A DNA stretch of 64,000 nucleotides from Callorhinchus milii (GCF_018977255.1 NW_024704742.1:41728001-41792000); one strand, 5' to 3'; shown: positions 51,181 to 63,240, counted from the first letter of the stretch. The notes: generated from the letters alone by a model not told the origin. Numbers and translations: made by a program.

Positions 51181-54100
51181 GAGATAACAAAATTAAAATA
51201 AAATTTGATGTAGTGATTACATTTGATATAGTCCCCTTCAACTTGAGAGGATGTCTCCAAGCACATTTTAATACCAACCGCGTGCTGACAAAGGAAGATC
51301 TTATCTATTAAGCTAGTATTTAAATATAATACATTTTAGACCCTCAGTTTTATTTACGTGATACACATTTGAACTCCTACACAAAACGCTCAGTGGAGCA
51401 TGTGTTGTCATTTCATTTGATGCTTCTCGATATTAACGATAGAATTCTGTTAAGACCTGCAAGACAGGAAGTTTGTGGAATAAGTTCTGGAATGTCAGGT
51501 ATCCAACCCGACATACCAGAATTGTCATCTTGTTTTTTCTGTCATTTCCAAGCAGAGTAATTAGCCTGAATACAAGCCCTTCAGCAGCTTTCTGTTGAAA
51601 TAACCACTAGTGTACGTAATTGGAGTAAAGCAGGCATGGTGCTTTGCTTAAAGCATTCTGTAAAGTTCAAACTGAGGTGAGAGCTAGCTTTCACTGTTTG
51701 CTACATTTGTACATATACATTAGAAAAACAAGCCCTTGATAACCAGCCACAATAATGGATTTGAGGAAAAACATTGAAGAACAATCTTTTTCTTATGTAA
51801 CAGTTCATTCTTTCTCTCTGAAGTATGTTGGTCTTCTCATTCAGTTGAGTCTTTAATCATTTTTGAGGTCAGCCTCAGTCAAATGCCTTCTCCCACATTT
51901 CTGCCCCTTGTGCGATGCCTGTGCTCTGTTACGTGCTCAGCTCATCCAACCAGTGTCTGTCTTAAATTAAGCCACCCACAATATAATTTATGGAGCAAGC
52001 TGATGAAAACAGTGTGGCTTGCTGGGTTTTGAAATAGCAACGGCAATTTTTTTTCAATTTCCAAAAAAGCCATAACTTGTTTTTCTCTCAATTGCAAGGT
52101 TAAAAGTTTCTTGTTGAAGCTTTGCATGGGAAATGACTCTGAAAGGCGATGCCAAAGATATAGTATGAATCCAGGAAAATATTCTGAAACTCAACTAAAA
52201 TCAGCAGATATGAGGAGAATAATGATGTTTTCTTTCAATAAAATATTATGTCCATTGTCAATTTTTAATTTGTTGAAAAAAGTAGGCATTTTGCTTCAAA
52301 GGAATGATTCTTATTAAAATATGATTAAAAAGAGCTGCATTCAGTTCATGGATGCTTGAAGAATAATGTTAACAATACTTCTGAGCTCAAACCAGGCCTG
52401 CTCTGCTCTAATTATTTATGTAGTACTGTATTAAATCAAAGAAGGAGATAGGTCAAAAATGTGAACAGTTTCCATTTGATTGCCTTACATACTTCTATGT
52501 GCCTTTAAGGAAACGATGAAGCTCTGTGATATTTATCCTTCATCCTAGTGAGAATCCCCTGTCATTTGTGTGAGAGGACGTGTTATCTTCAAGAAAACGC
52601 ACACTGTGTGTTTGCAAAGTTGTTATTTCCAATACGTTTTAATGTCAAGAATAATTGAATGGAGGGGAAAAAAAGCAATACATATTGTAATCTTAAATAC
52701 CATACCAACTGAGGCATCACAAAAGATCTTTCTTCTTCAGGCAAATTTTATTGCATTTAAACAGCTTCTACAAATGTTAAATAGAAAAGGATTGTTTTGT
52801 TCCTTGATATTTTTTCAGAAGTCCCTAATATAAATAGAATAGATTTTTTTTGTATTTGATTAACAATAAAGATCTTGCCAATTTATTCTTGCCTTCATTC
52901 TTTGTCAGTTTTAAGGCTATCTCCTTTTTGTCATCCAGTAAAGCACATATTCTGCAAAGAGAGACAATAAACATTCTCTTTTGTGTCTGTGTCTGTGTTT
53001 GCCGCCTCAAGAAATTGTGACACCTGCAAATTGGATTAAAATGGTCTGCTTTACTGTGCAAAGCCGTTTGATGAATGATGACAATGAAATATCACGAGTA
53101 CTTGTAAGGTGAGAGTCAATTATGAATAAGAAACAGCATGAGGATAATGAAAATTATTCACAAGGTCCTAGGAGGCTGGATTTTTCAGGTTTTATATCAG
53201 GATCCAGAATAACACAAAGGAATGTGCAATTACAATACCATTTACCACAGAAAAATAATAAAATGCTGTTTTCTCTCATATGCAAACCTCTTTTTTTCCC
53301 TTCCTAAACTCCCCAAATATAATTAAAGCTGGAATTAACGGTTAAAATTAGCTGGACAAGGTCATAATGTCAGGGAAGCGATTGGGTCTGAGCTGAGGTA
53401 GCTGCCACTCACTGTGTTTGCCTATCAGTTCTGCAGTTATGTCGTCTTAAATATAATCAATAAAAACGACAAGTGGCGCTGGAGGGCGAAGGCGAGAACT
53501 AGATAAATAAATTGCACCAAACCCTTCACAACTCATTTGGTCATTTGAGGAAAATGTTCACCTTTAATGGCTGATTGTCCAGGAGCTAGGGCTGGGACAT
53601 TCCAGCAACAACCCTAGACCTAAATGTCACTGCAAGTTGTTTGAAGATGTGAGAGATGAACCTTCAGGGAAATGATCAGTTCCTGCAATAGCTGCTCATG
53701 AATACAGGTTTGACAGCAGTTGGACAAATATTCATATGGGCTGTAAAACCTTTTGAACGCAGCGTTTAGCCCTCTCTAAGGTGCAGATCCATCAGACAAG
53801 AAACCTTGTTCAATTTTATTTAAAAACATCCATCTTCAAAGTTTTTTTTTGCTAATGCTGTTTGCAGAGTACAGGCATTCCTTTAAAGAGGATAACTGAT
53901 GGCTCTCAATTTATCATGCACATGCTCAGCATTTACACTAATGAGACGTACATATTCTTTGTCTCCCCAGCATGGATTGCAAGACAGGTCTATTCAAAAT
54001 ACCCAATGCTGCCACATATGCAGAAATTCAAACCAAAACAAATCATAAATAAGTGTATGCTGCCAATGAGCTGACTGGTGTCTGGATTGTTTTAGGATTG

Positions 54101-54518
54101 GGGTGTGAGGGATCACAAGACCTTGAAAATGTGGCGTTGTTCTGGAAGAAAGGTTAACAATTTAGCTTTGAGTACTGAAGCAACACCTAAAAGCTAGTAA
54201 AATGTTTTGTGGTGGTTCATATCGTTCTTAAGCTCACAAATATCATGTTGAATGTCAGCCTCACTCAATTGGTAGCAGTTTCGACTCTGAGTCTGAAGGT
54301 TATGAGTTTAGGCCCCGTATTAAGACTTGGAGTTTATATTGTAGGCTGATGCTCCATGTAGTGCTCACACTGCATATTGGAGGTACCATTCTTCAGATAA
54401 GAAGTTAAAAGCGAGGTCCTGTTTGCTCATTAAAATGGGTGTTAAAGATCCAATAGCACTATGAGACAAGAGAAGTGAGTTTCTCCTGGAGTCCTGACCA
54501 ACAATCCCCCAGTTAAGG

Positions 54519-55775
54519 GGAGTCCTGTAGCTTAGTGGTTAGAGCACTCGCCTCGCAAGCGAAAGGACCTGGGTACAATTCCCAAGCAGGGTGAAACATC
54601 GGGCAAATTTCCTTACTCTTCGCGCCTCTGTTTTCCTAGCAACAAGTAACAACCCAGCTGTTAGTCAATTGGTGGATCACTTTTCTGGGTGGATCACTTT
54701 TCCGGGCTCAATAATCCCTCCAAAAAAATAATAATAATTTGGTCACTGAATCCACAACTATTTATGGAACACTGTTGTGCACAATTGGTTGCTGTGTTTC
54801 GCCCCAAAAATATACAGTAAATTCACTTTACAATATATTCTCTGAAGCACTTTGAGACTTCTCGAAGACGTGATAACAACAACAAGATTCAACAACAAGA
54901 TTTCATTTATAGAGCGCCTTTCACGTCGGGAGGACGTCCCAAGGCGCTGGACAGTTGGGTTGGGACCCGAGCAGGGGGGAAATGGTCAGGGTGAAGGGAG
55001 GGAAGGGAGGAAGCGAGGAGGGGGGAAATGGTCAGGGTGAAGGGAGGGAAGGGAGGGGCGAGGAGGGGTTAGAGAGTCGAGAGGGGAGCTGAAGGCACGG
55101 TCAAAGAGAAAGGTCTTGAGACCGGCCTTGAAGGAGGAAAGGGAGGAAGTAAGGCGAAGGCACTGGGGGATGGAGTTCCAGAGCCTGGGGGCTGAAAGGC
55201 TGAAGGCCTGGCCACCGATGGTAGGGTAGTTGGGGCAGGGGATGTGGAGCAGACCGGAGCCAAAGAAACGGAGGGTACAGGCAGGTAAGTAGGGGGATAG
55301 TAGGTCGGAGAGGTAGGAGGGAGCAAGGCCGTGAATGGCCTTGTAGGTGAGGATGAGGACCTTGAATTCGATCCTCTGGGGGATGGGGAGCCAGTGGAGG
55401 CAGGCGAGGGTGGGAGTGATGTGGTCCCGAAGCCTGGTGCGGGACAGTACACGAGCTGCAGAGTTCTGAATGACCTGCAGCTTGAGGAGGGAGGTGCCGG
55501 GAAGGCTGGCGAGGAGAGAGTTCCCATAGTCCAGCCTTGAGGTGATAAAGGCGTGGACCAAAGTTTCAGCAGCGTGAGGGGTGAGGTAGTGCCGTAGTCT
55601 GGCGATGTTTCGGAGGTGATGGAAGACGGTGCCAGTTGTGGCGCGGATATGAGGAAGAAAGGACAGCTCAGGGTTGAACAGAACGCCGAGGTTCCTGACT
55701 GGCTTTGAGAGATGGAGAGATAAAGCGCCATATCAAATGCAAAGATTATGTCAAATGCAAGGATTATTATTATTA
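54519..55775 (+). mobile_element. tRNA-Ala SINE (long variant) split by an L2 (54519-54876 and 55719-55775)
   Basis: The tail GAAGACGTGATAA is interrupted and resumes as GATAAAGCGCCATATCAAATGC. Confidence 0.88.
54877..55718 (-). mobile_element. Young 5'-truncated L2 with an open ORF2 C-terminus
   Basis: Uninterrupted 191-aa ORF (VHAFITSRLDYGNSLL...LHWLPIPQRIEFK...FKAGLKTFLF), a perfect 3' stem-loop and a GATAA candidate TSD. Confidence 0.95.
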
Positions 55776-56179
55776 AAATTGATTTTTTACTTTACGACTG
55801 TTTGTGAGACAATGCTGTGTCTGTAGTGTTTGCCTACAATACAATCACTTTACACTAAGTACTGTGAAGCGCTTTGAGATGTTTCAACAATGCAATCAGA
55901 TGCTATATTAATACAAGGTTTATTATTTGAATTCACAGACAATGGGGTCAAAGTAATGGTGCTTTGGAACACGATTGACTCAGAATTACTACCAGTGAAT
56001 CCTGACAATAACGACCTGTGCTTTGAAATATAGGAAGCAGATACAAGGGTTTGTGCGAGTCAGCTGTAATGGGTTGTTGGTTATCAACAAGATTCTCTGT
56101 TGGTGGCTCTGAGTTGGTATAAGTGATTCCCAATGCAGACTGATGCTTTGTCAACCTCAATATGTGTCTTGTTTTCATT

Positions 56180-56320
56180 CAGTACCTCCAAAAAGTGTAA
56201 CTCCCCAGCACTACACTGAAGTGGTAGCCGAGAATATGAGCTCAATATCCTGACACGGGGATTGAACCCATAACTTTTGGACTCTGAGGCGAAAGTGCTA
56301 CCAATTAAGCTAGACTGATA
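56180..56320 (-). mobile_element. DeuSINE-like 5' portion
   Basis: Reverse-complement head GACTCTGAGGCGAAAGTGCTACCAATTAAGC, GGGGATTGAACCC. Confidence 0.75.
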
Positions 56321-57302
56321 TTCAACACAGTATTTGTGAACTTAAGCACACTGAGAACTAAGAAAGAAACATTTTACTCGTGCCCTGAACTTCATATATA
56401 GGCTTACAGCAGCTGAGAGCTTACTGACACTCGTAGTTTGCACTTTGCAATCATAAGCTATGTTTAACAAGTTTGAAATTGTGTTGTGGTTAATGTTTAG
56501 AAATACCTTGCTTTCACTAAAGTTGGCAACATTTCCATTTAGCCTATAGGCAAGGCAGCCATCTTGAATTTCACATTGAAGGTGCTAGTAGAAAAAGCGT
56601 GCTAAAACTTGTAATTGTTAATTACAAAACTGTTTGAAATAGTTTCTAGATATTATTTTCTTTAATATACTGAAAGCTTAAACCACAAATATGTTTTATT
56701 TGGTCAGCCATGTATATGATATATGTGGAAACCCATTACCATGCTTTGAGACTCCAAACTGAACTATAGAAACAAAGTAAACTATTATAGGCATGGTTTC
56801 CGCTTGTCTGGAATGGAATGTGAAGAATGGAGAAGGTTGTGTTTCTTAAATATTTGTGAACTTAATTATGATAGCTTAGGCTAGAAGAGCATGGATTTCA
56901 GCTATCCTCAGCAGATCGACATTGGGCAACTAAAAGTGTCTATCGAAACTCCTCCTCTATAACCAAACACTATAAACATTTGCACCATAGAAGAAGGTCA
57001 TTAATTCCATCGTATCTGTGTTGGCTCTTTTAAGAGCAATCCTTTCAGTTCCATTTACCTGCCCTTTCTCCATACCTCCTATAGTTGATTCCTTTTTAGG
57101 TATATATCCAGTTCCCTTTGAAAGCTGATATGGATTCTGCCTCTGTTCTTATGATCTACATCAAATAGCTTACTTCCCATGCAAATCATTTCTTCCTCTC
57201 ACCATTTTAAAGACCTGAATGATGTTCCTGCGTAACTTTTTTTTCTCCAGTAAAAACAAGTTTAGCTCTGAACTTTCTCTTCATTTCTTTGATCAGCTGG
57301 GA

Positions 57303-58213
57303 ATCTACTTTGCCTCCTCCAGTACCAATTCCAGGTCCACCGATGTTCTATCAGCTTGTCTGGCAGACATCAGGGTCTGGATGAGGACAAACTTCCTGCA
57401 GCTGAATGTGGACAAGATGGAAGCCATATACTCCTTGGCTTCTGTCAACGTCTGCACTCCTGTGGATCTGAACTCCTCAACCTCCCTGGGCTCTCCCTCA
57501 GACTCACCAAATCAGTGCGCAATTTAGGTGTCCGGTTCGATCCCCACATCCAGCCCCTAACCAGGTCCAGCTTCCTCCACCTCTGCCACATTGGCCACCT
57601 CTGACTATACCTTATCCCAAATGCAGCTGAAACCCTCCTGCATGCGTTTGTCACCTCCCGCCTGGATTACTCCAAAGCACTCCTCGCCGATCTCCCCAGC
57701 TCCACCACTCAAAAGATCCAGCTCATTCAGAACTGTGCTGCCTGCATACTTATCCAGACCAAACTCCGTACCCACACCTCACCAATTCTATCCAGTCTCC
57801 ACTGGCTCCCCATCACCGAAAGGATTGACTTCAAGATCCTCAAACTTGTGTTCAAATCCCTTCACTCTTTGGCACTTCCCTACCTCTCCGACCTCCTCAC
57901 TCCCCAATCCACCACCCGACGCCTCCGCTCGACTGGAACCAGCCTCCTGCTCCAGGCCCTTGCACCCTCCGCCCCACCGTCAGAGGTCACGCTTTCAACC
58001 ACGACACCCCGAACCACTGGAACACTTCCCTTCAATCCCTTTGCCTTGCTCCCTCTCTCCCCTTTTTCAAGTCCTGCCTGAAAACCTTCCTCTTCGACTG
58101 TGCTAACCTTCCCCCACCCCACCCCTGGGTTAGGAGTTAGGCTCTGCCACTGTTAAGCACTCTGAAATGCTGCCCTATGTGCAGGGCACTATATAAGTGC
58201 AAGTTGTTGTTGT
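57303..58213 (+). mobile_element. L2 subfamily b, 3' portion
   Basis: CLADIRVWMRTNFLQLNVDK, VRNLGVRFD and tail GGGCACTATATAAGTGCAAGTTGTTGTTGT. Confidence 0.92.
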
Positions 58214-58244
58214 CGAGTCATCATGCTTAAGAGTATCCAAACCA

Positions 58245-58790
58245 ACCTGAGATTTCCATGTACCCCACCTCATGTGGAATTTCCCGAGATAGATTATTGG
58301 AATGGAATACACACTCTCTCCCCGGAGGGATGCAACCTGCTTACCTAATCCTGGAAAGCATTAGGCATAGGTTAGCAAGAGCCAAGGTCCAAAGTGTGCA
58401 TTGGGAGTACTGCTGAAGTCTAACTAGCTAAAGCTACATACCTTGCCATTGATAGGGCTGTCTCGCAAGCTTCCTGCTGCTTGTCCAGCTGGGAACACCC
58501 TACCCTTAAGGGCATTGGTTTGCAGGGTTAACTTGAGCTGAGTGGGATGACTCCCTGCCCCCAGTAACTGGTCTGCCCTTCCAGGTCCTGCCAATGAGCC
58601 AAGCTGGCTGGGCTGTCATCAGCAGTGCTTTAGAATATTGCGACCCCACCTGACTCAGGAACCAGACTACCAAGACCACCAGAGAGGGCTGTCTCGATTC
58701 TGGCATTCCGTTGTCAAACATGTCACCTTGGAGCCAATTCAGCTCCAAGGAGACCCCGCTAACCTCCCTGCCCCAATCCTCCACCCCAGG
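58245..58790 (-). repeat. Unclassified interspersed repeat 'A', copy 4
   Basis: Reverse complement of 29025-29600. The conceptual peptide QPAWLIGRTWKGR mirrors QPAWLIGKTWRGR at copy 1. Confidence 0.75.
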
Positions 58791-59101
58791 AGGATATTAA
58801 TTTAAAGCTCTAAGTCTTGGAATTGCCATGCCACTTACCTCTGAACCTTCTCCAATGCATCAATATTCTGCACTAAACTAAATATAGACTACAGAAGATT
58901 AGATTTGGAATATTTTGGAGTAAAGTTAAATCTCGCAAAGGTATAACAGAAAAGTGGATTTTTGTTTTGTTGATAGTGGCTGTACTTTGACAGGGAATGT
59001 TCAATAAATGATCAATTATAACACATGGAATTCCCCTTCTCCTCCTCTGCTGTGATACCCTCTTTGTCTTCTATGTCACTGCTTTCTGGTCCAATGGAGA
59101 A

Positions 59102-59316
59102 TAATTCGCAATATTCACAAACTGGATTCATCACTTGATTTGTAACTTGTGATGTGTGAAATTCACAAACCCCTAAATATCAAGCCAATATGACCTGGAA
59201 ATGATTGGCCAAAAAAGACTGGGCCGGATTGCCTGGTCATGGATTTTGCAAACCAGAAGCTGTAAACTGATAATTATAGTTAACACAACAAATCCAGTTT
59301 GTAAATTTGCCAATTA
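59102..59316. repeat. Foldback element with TA ends, probable MITE
   Basis: TAATTCGCAATATTCACAAACTGGATT ... AATCCAGTTTGTAAATTTGCCAATTA. Confidence 0.6.
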
Positions 59317-59329
59317 GATGCCCCTATCT

Positions 59330-59635
59330 TGCATTTACTTGTATTTAAGACTTATTTTACACTTCTTAATCTATCTTCTTACATGGGCCTGGATTCAGAT
59401 CTTCTTGAATCCTGCGTATGTGTTTACATTTGTCACATCACCACCTAGTTTGGTGTCATCTGTATATTTCATGAGTACTGTAGTTCCCTCTAAGCTATTT
59501 GTGAACAGTGTAGACAGCTCAGGGCCCAGAATAGACCCCTGAGGAATTTGCTGCTCATTGCAACTGAGATAGAGATTTTTCCATTTATCATCACCTTTTG
59601 CTTTCTATTCCCATGTCAGGTTTCAATCCAATGAG
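59330..59635 (-). mobile_element. CR1 RT fragment
   Basis: GGGCCCAGAATAGACCCCTGAGG encodes PQGSILGP on the minus strand; TAGTTTGGTGTCATCTG encodes DDTKL. Confidence 0.75.
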
Positions 59636-61391
59636 TTGCTTAAGGAATTGCAGGTTGCATGAGCTAACTTAGCCAAAAGGATTAGAATTGTACTTCACAA
59701 AGTAATTACAAGTTATTGCTAAGTGTATGATTTGGTTCAGCTTTCACAATATGCAATAAAACCATCCTCTTCACTAAATTTACTTTATGGAAATATAAGC
59801 TGGCTTCCTAAAATGAAAACACTACTCAGGAATTCTTGTTTTGTTTCAGTTAAGGGAGTAAGGGAGAATGTAAAACTTCCGAAAGGTAGATAATCATGTT
59901 TTGTTTGTTGCAAGTTGCAAAAAACAATAAAACACTATCAGAGTTGTGAGACTGGAAACAGCAGTTTAATGTGCCCATTTAGTCAACTCCACCCTTGTGC
60001 TATATACTGCCAGTTCTGGAAGGCTCTTACTCTGACCTGAATGCAAGTGGAGCAATGGAGCTCAGTGCTACAACCAATGTACGAGTTTGAAATTCCACCT
60101 TCTTTTAGGCTTGTACAAAATTATGGAAAATTCTTGTACTCAAGCTTAAATTGGAAAGCGGATCTTTTCAAGAAAATCAGCTTCCTAAGTCAGACTGCAT
60201 TTAAGAAATTTTCCACAATTCAGAACAATCTCAAATTTTAAGGCAAAATGATCTTACGGGTTGAGACTAGATTGAATTTTAGACCAATACATACAAACTT
60301 GGTGTTAACTTGGTGACAATCACTGTTGATGGGATGGGCAGGTAACGTAAGGAGCGAGGGGATATATAGGGCAAAACTGAGTAAGTTTCTGATACTGTAA
60401 GGCATTTTCATTGCTGAACAGCCTGTGTAGCTCGTCATTGAGAGGTGGATCTGTCAACTTATGAGTTAAAGTCTAAATTGTCCTTGATGGAGAACTATTG
60501 TACTGCACAGTTACCATTAAACTGGTAGTAGTGTCTTGGTTCTTCAATAATGTTAAAAATGTAAGTTAGTTCAATGGAGTTTGCATTGGAAATATTTGTT
60601 GGACTCACTGACTGCAATTAGACTAGGTGTTGCAAAGCAGAATTGAAGTAAGACCACCTTTTCAATGACATACATCTGCTTTATTTACACTGGGTGTCAA
60701 AACCCATATCAGTCTTCTAAAACTGTATCAAAACACCACACACTGCATACATTTAAATATAGATTTAACTTAGTACCTTAGTACTGTACAACCTAAAAGA
60801 ATATCAAGGTTAATGTTCCGATCTGCAAATGTGAAAGCTGTATGGAGCTATGTGAATGATAAAAATACAGAAAAATAAAATCTGTGTGCATTATCATCAG
60901 TTGATGTTGTGCTCACTCATCACTAGATTAAATAGTGCATTTTTTCATCTGCTTTTCAATTTTTTGTTCAAGATGACGAACGCTACCAACAAGCCAAACG
61001 GAGAAGACAAGAGTGAACAGATAGGGCACCTTGCCTGGGACTGAATATGCTGATCAGATTAGGTGAGGGTCTTGAGAAATATTTGCACGTGTTCCACTGC
61101 ATGCATCATACAATTGGCCTTCAGAACAGAGAAAGAAGGAAACATTCAAACTCCAGAGGTCTTGGAACCTGTATGGCACTGTTTTCGATTATAACAATCT
61201 TTAGTGTGGTTTACCTAGCCAAGCAAAGTTTAAACCTTCTCCCTATTAAATAAATAATGAAAACAAATATATTCATTAGTCTTCTCTTAAAGCAATGGTT
61301 AGATTGTGGTATGAAATTACCCACATTAAAAAGAACCTAAAAATCAAAAAGGAAATTACAAAAATTACATTGACACAAATAAATTGAAAGG

Positions 61392-61656
61392 CATATGGAA
61401 CCCATGAAAAGAAGGAGAGGGTTTACTAATGTGTCTGCCCTGATAATGTTGCACTGGTAGCCAGACTTACTGGCAGTGGTACAACTTTTTTGGCTCCAAG
61501 TAATCAATAGCATATGGACGTGTTTGGATGGTATTTGAACCTGTTCGAAATTTGAATCGTATGTTGTATCATTGCCGGTAAATCCGGTTTATAGTGAAAT
61601 GGCTCAGACACAGAGACATTTGTAACCATTCTGCTTGCTTTCATGGGTTCCATGTG
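61392..61656. repeat. Long imperfect palindrome (arms about 95 bp), probable non-autonomous DNA transposon
   Basis: CATATGGAACCCATGAAA...CTTACTGGCAGTGGTACAAC pairs with GTTGTATCATTGCCGGTAAA...TTTCATGGGTTCCATGTG. Confidence 0.75.
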
Positions 61657-61871
61657 TTCAGTAATTCATTATTTTCCTTTGGCCATCCTCGCTTTGACCA
61701 CTACCTTTATTAGTATTATATATATTGTGATACAAACATCTATTTACTCTGGAGGAAAAAACAACAGGGTCTACTTTGGGACATTACTTAATGAGATTCG
61801 TCAATAAGAAATCTGACCCTTAGAAATGGTCCATCCTTCTGTTAACTGGAAGTACATCTCACCACCACCAC

Positions 61872-62325
61872 CAACAAATAACAAATCACATTTGCCTTTT
61901 ACATTGGGAGGACATCCCAAGGTGCTGGACAGTCAGGAATTTTGACCTGAGCAGGGGATTGGGATTGGGCGGGGTGTGGAGGGCAGGGTGGATGGGGTAG
62001 GAGGGTGGCCAAATGCGCAGTTGAAGAGGAAGGTCTTGAGATGTGCTTTGAAGGAGGCAAGGGAGGCAAGACAAAGGAACTGGGGGATGCAGTTCCAAAG
62101 GGTGGGGCAGAGAAGCTGAAGTCCCAACCATTGATGGTGGGGCAGGCTGGGCGATGGACATGGAGCAGGCCAAAGCCTGCTGAGTGGAGGAAGCGGACAG
62201 GTTGATAAGGGATCAGCAGGTCACAGAGGTAGGAAGGAGCAAGGCCATGGATGGCCTTGAAGGCGAGGATGAGTATTTTGAACTCTATCCTCTAGGGGAT
62301 GAGGAGCCAGTGGAGCCGGTAGAGG
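61872..62325 (-). mobile_element. L2 3' end
   Basis: PTLWNCIPQFLCLASLASFKAHLKTFLFNCAF and an L2 tail at about 61885. Confidence 0.9.
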
Positions 62326-62847
62326 GTGCTATTATTGCTATCTGTTCACGTAATCCACTGAAACGCATCTCTGCCGACATCTACTGCTGGGGCAGACTTC
62401 CAGCAAGTTGACAGGATTTCTGAAGGGATTCCTCATGAAGGAATCAACCAATCCTATGTTATGCACAACAGAATTAATGCCACTTCTTCAGCCTTGACAA
62501 GGACAGTGGAACTTCAGTTATCCATACGTTAATTATCAGCAAGTCCATTTATCCACATTGGACTCTGATGCAGAAGTGAACATTTGGGGCTGTGAGGTAA
62601 TGGCAAAATAATCCTGTTGTGTACATGCCAGAACCATGTGCATAAGGTTATTAGGGTTGCTCTAATCGCATCCTGAATAACCTTGTTCACAGGTGCATAA
62701 CTTTGTGTTTGTGCACAGCTGGATTTCTTTTTATTTTGGGGGGAAGAAAAGAGACTCAGCGAGCGAAAGATAAAGAAAAGAAAGAGAGAGAGTCCGAGAG
62801 AATAGTAGAGAGAGTGAAGACTGACACAGTGATAGTGTTCACTCCAT

Positions 62848-63240
62848 AGGTTGCAGATCATTCAGAACTCTGCAGCCCATGTCCTTTCCCGCACCAGGCT
62901 CCGTGACCCTATCACCCCCATCCTCGCCCAACTCCACTGGCTTCCCATCACACAGAGAATACAGTTCAAGATCCTGGTCCTCAACTTCAAAGCCCTCCAT
63001 GGCCTTGCTCCCCTTTACTTCTATGACCTCTTAACCCACTACCATCCTGCCTGATCCCTCCGCTCAGTGGGCTCCGGCGTGCTTCACATCCCCCGCCTCG
63101 CTCGCCTCACCATTGACGAACGGACCTTCTGCCACTCTGCCCCCACCCTCTGGAACTCTATTCCACAGTCCCTCCGCCTCACCTCCTTCCTTGCTTCCTT
63201 CAAGACCCTCCTCATTGTTTTGTTGTTGTTGTTGTTGTTA
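62848..63240 (+). mobile_element. L2 ORF2 C-terminal fragment, ending in (TTG)n with most of the 3' UTR missing
   Basis: LQIIQNSAAHVLSRTRLRDPITPILAQLHWLPITQRIQFKIL. Confidence 0.9.

Larger units (their letters stand above)
54253..55925 (+). mobile_element. DeuSINE-like SINE split by a SINE+L2 insertion (54253-54515 and 55775-55925)
   Basis: Head and Deu core lie before 54515; the remaining body and tail GACTGTTTGTGAGACAATGCTGTG...GAAGCGCTTTGAGATG lie after 55775. Confidence 0.75.

Noticed and set aside
53466..53484. CTCF-like motif ACGACAAGTGGCGCTG
   Set aside because: Only the 3' half matches the consensus, which is insufficient without a PWM score or ChIP data.
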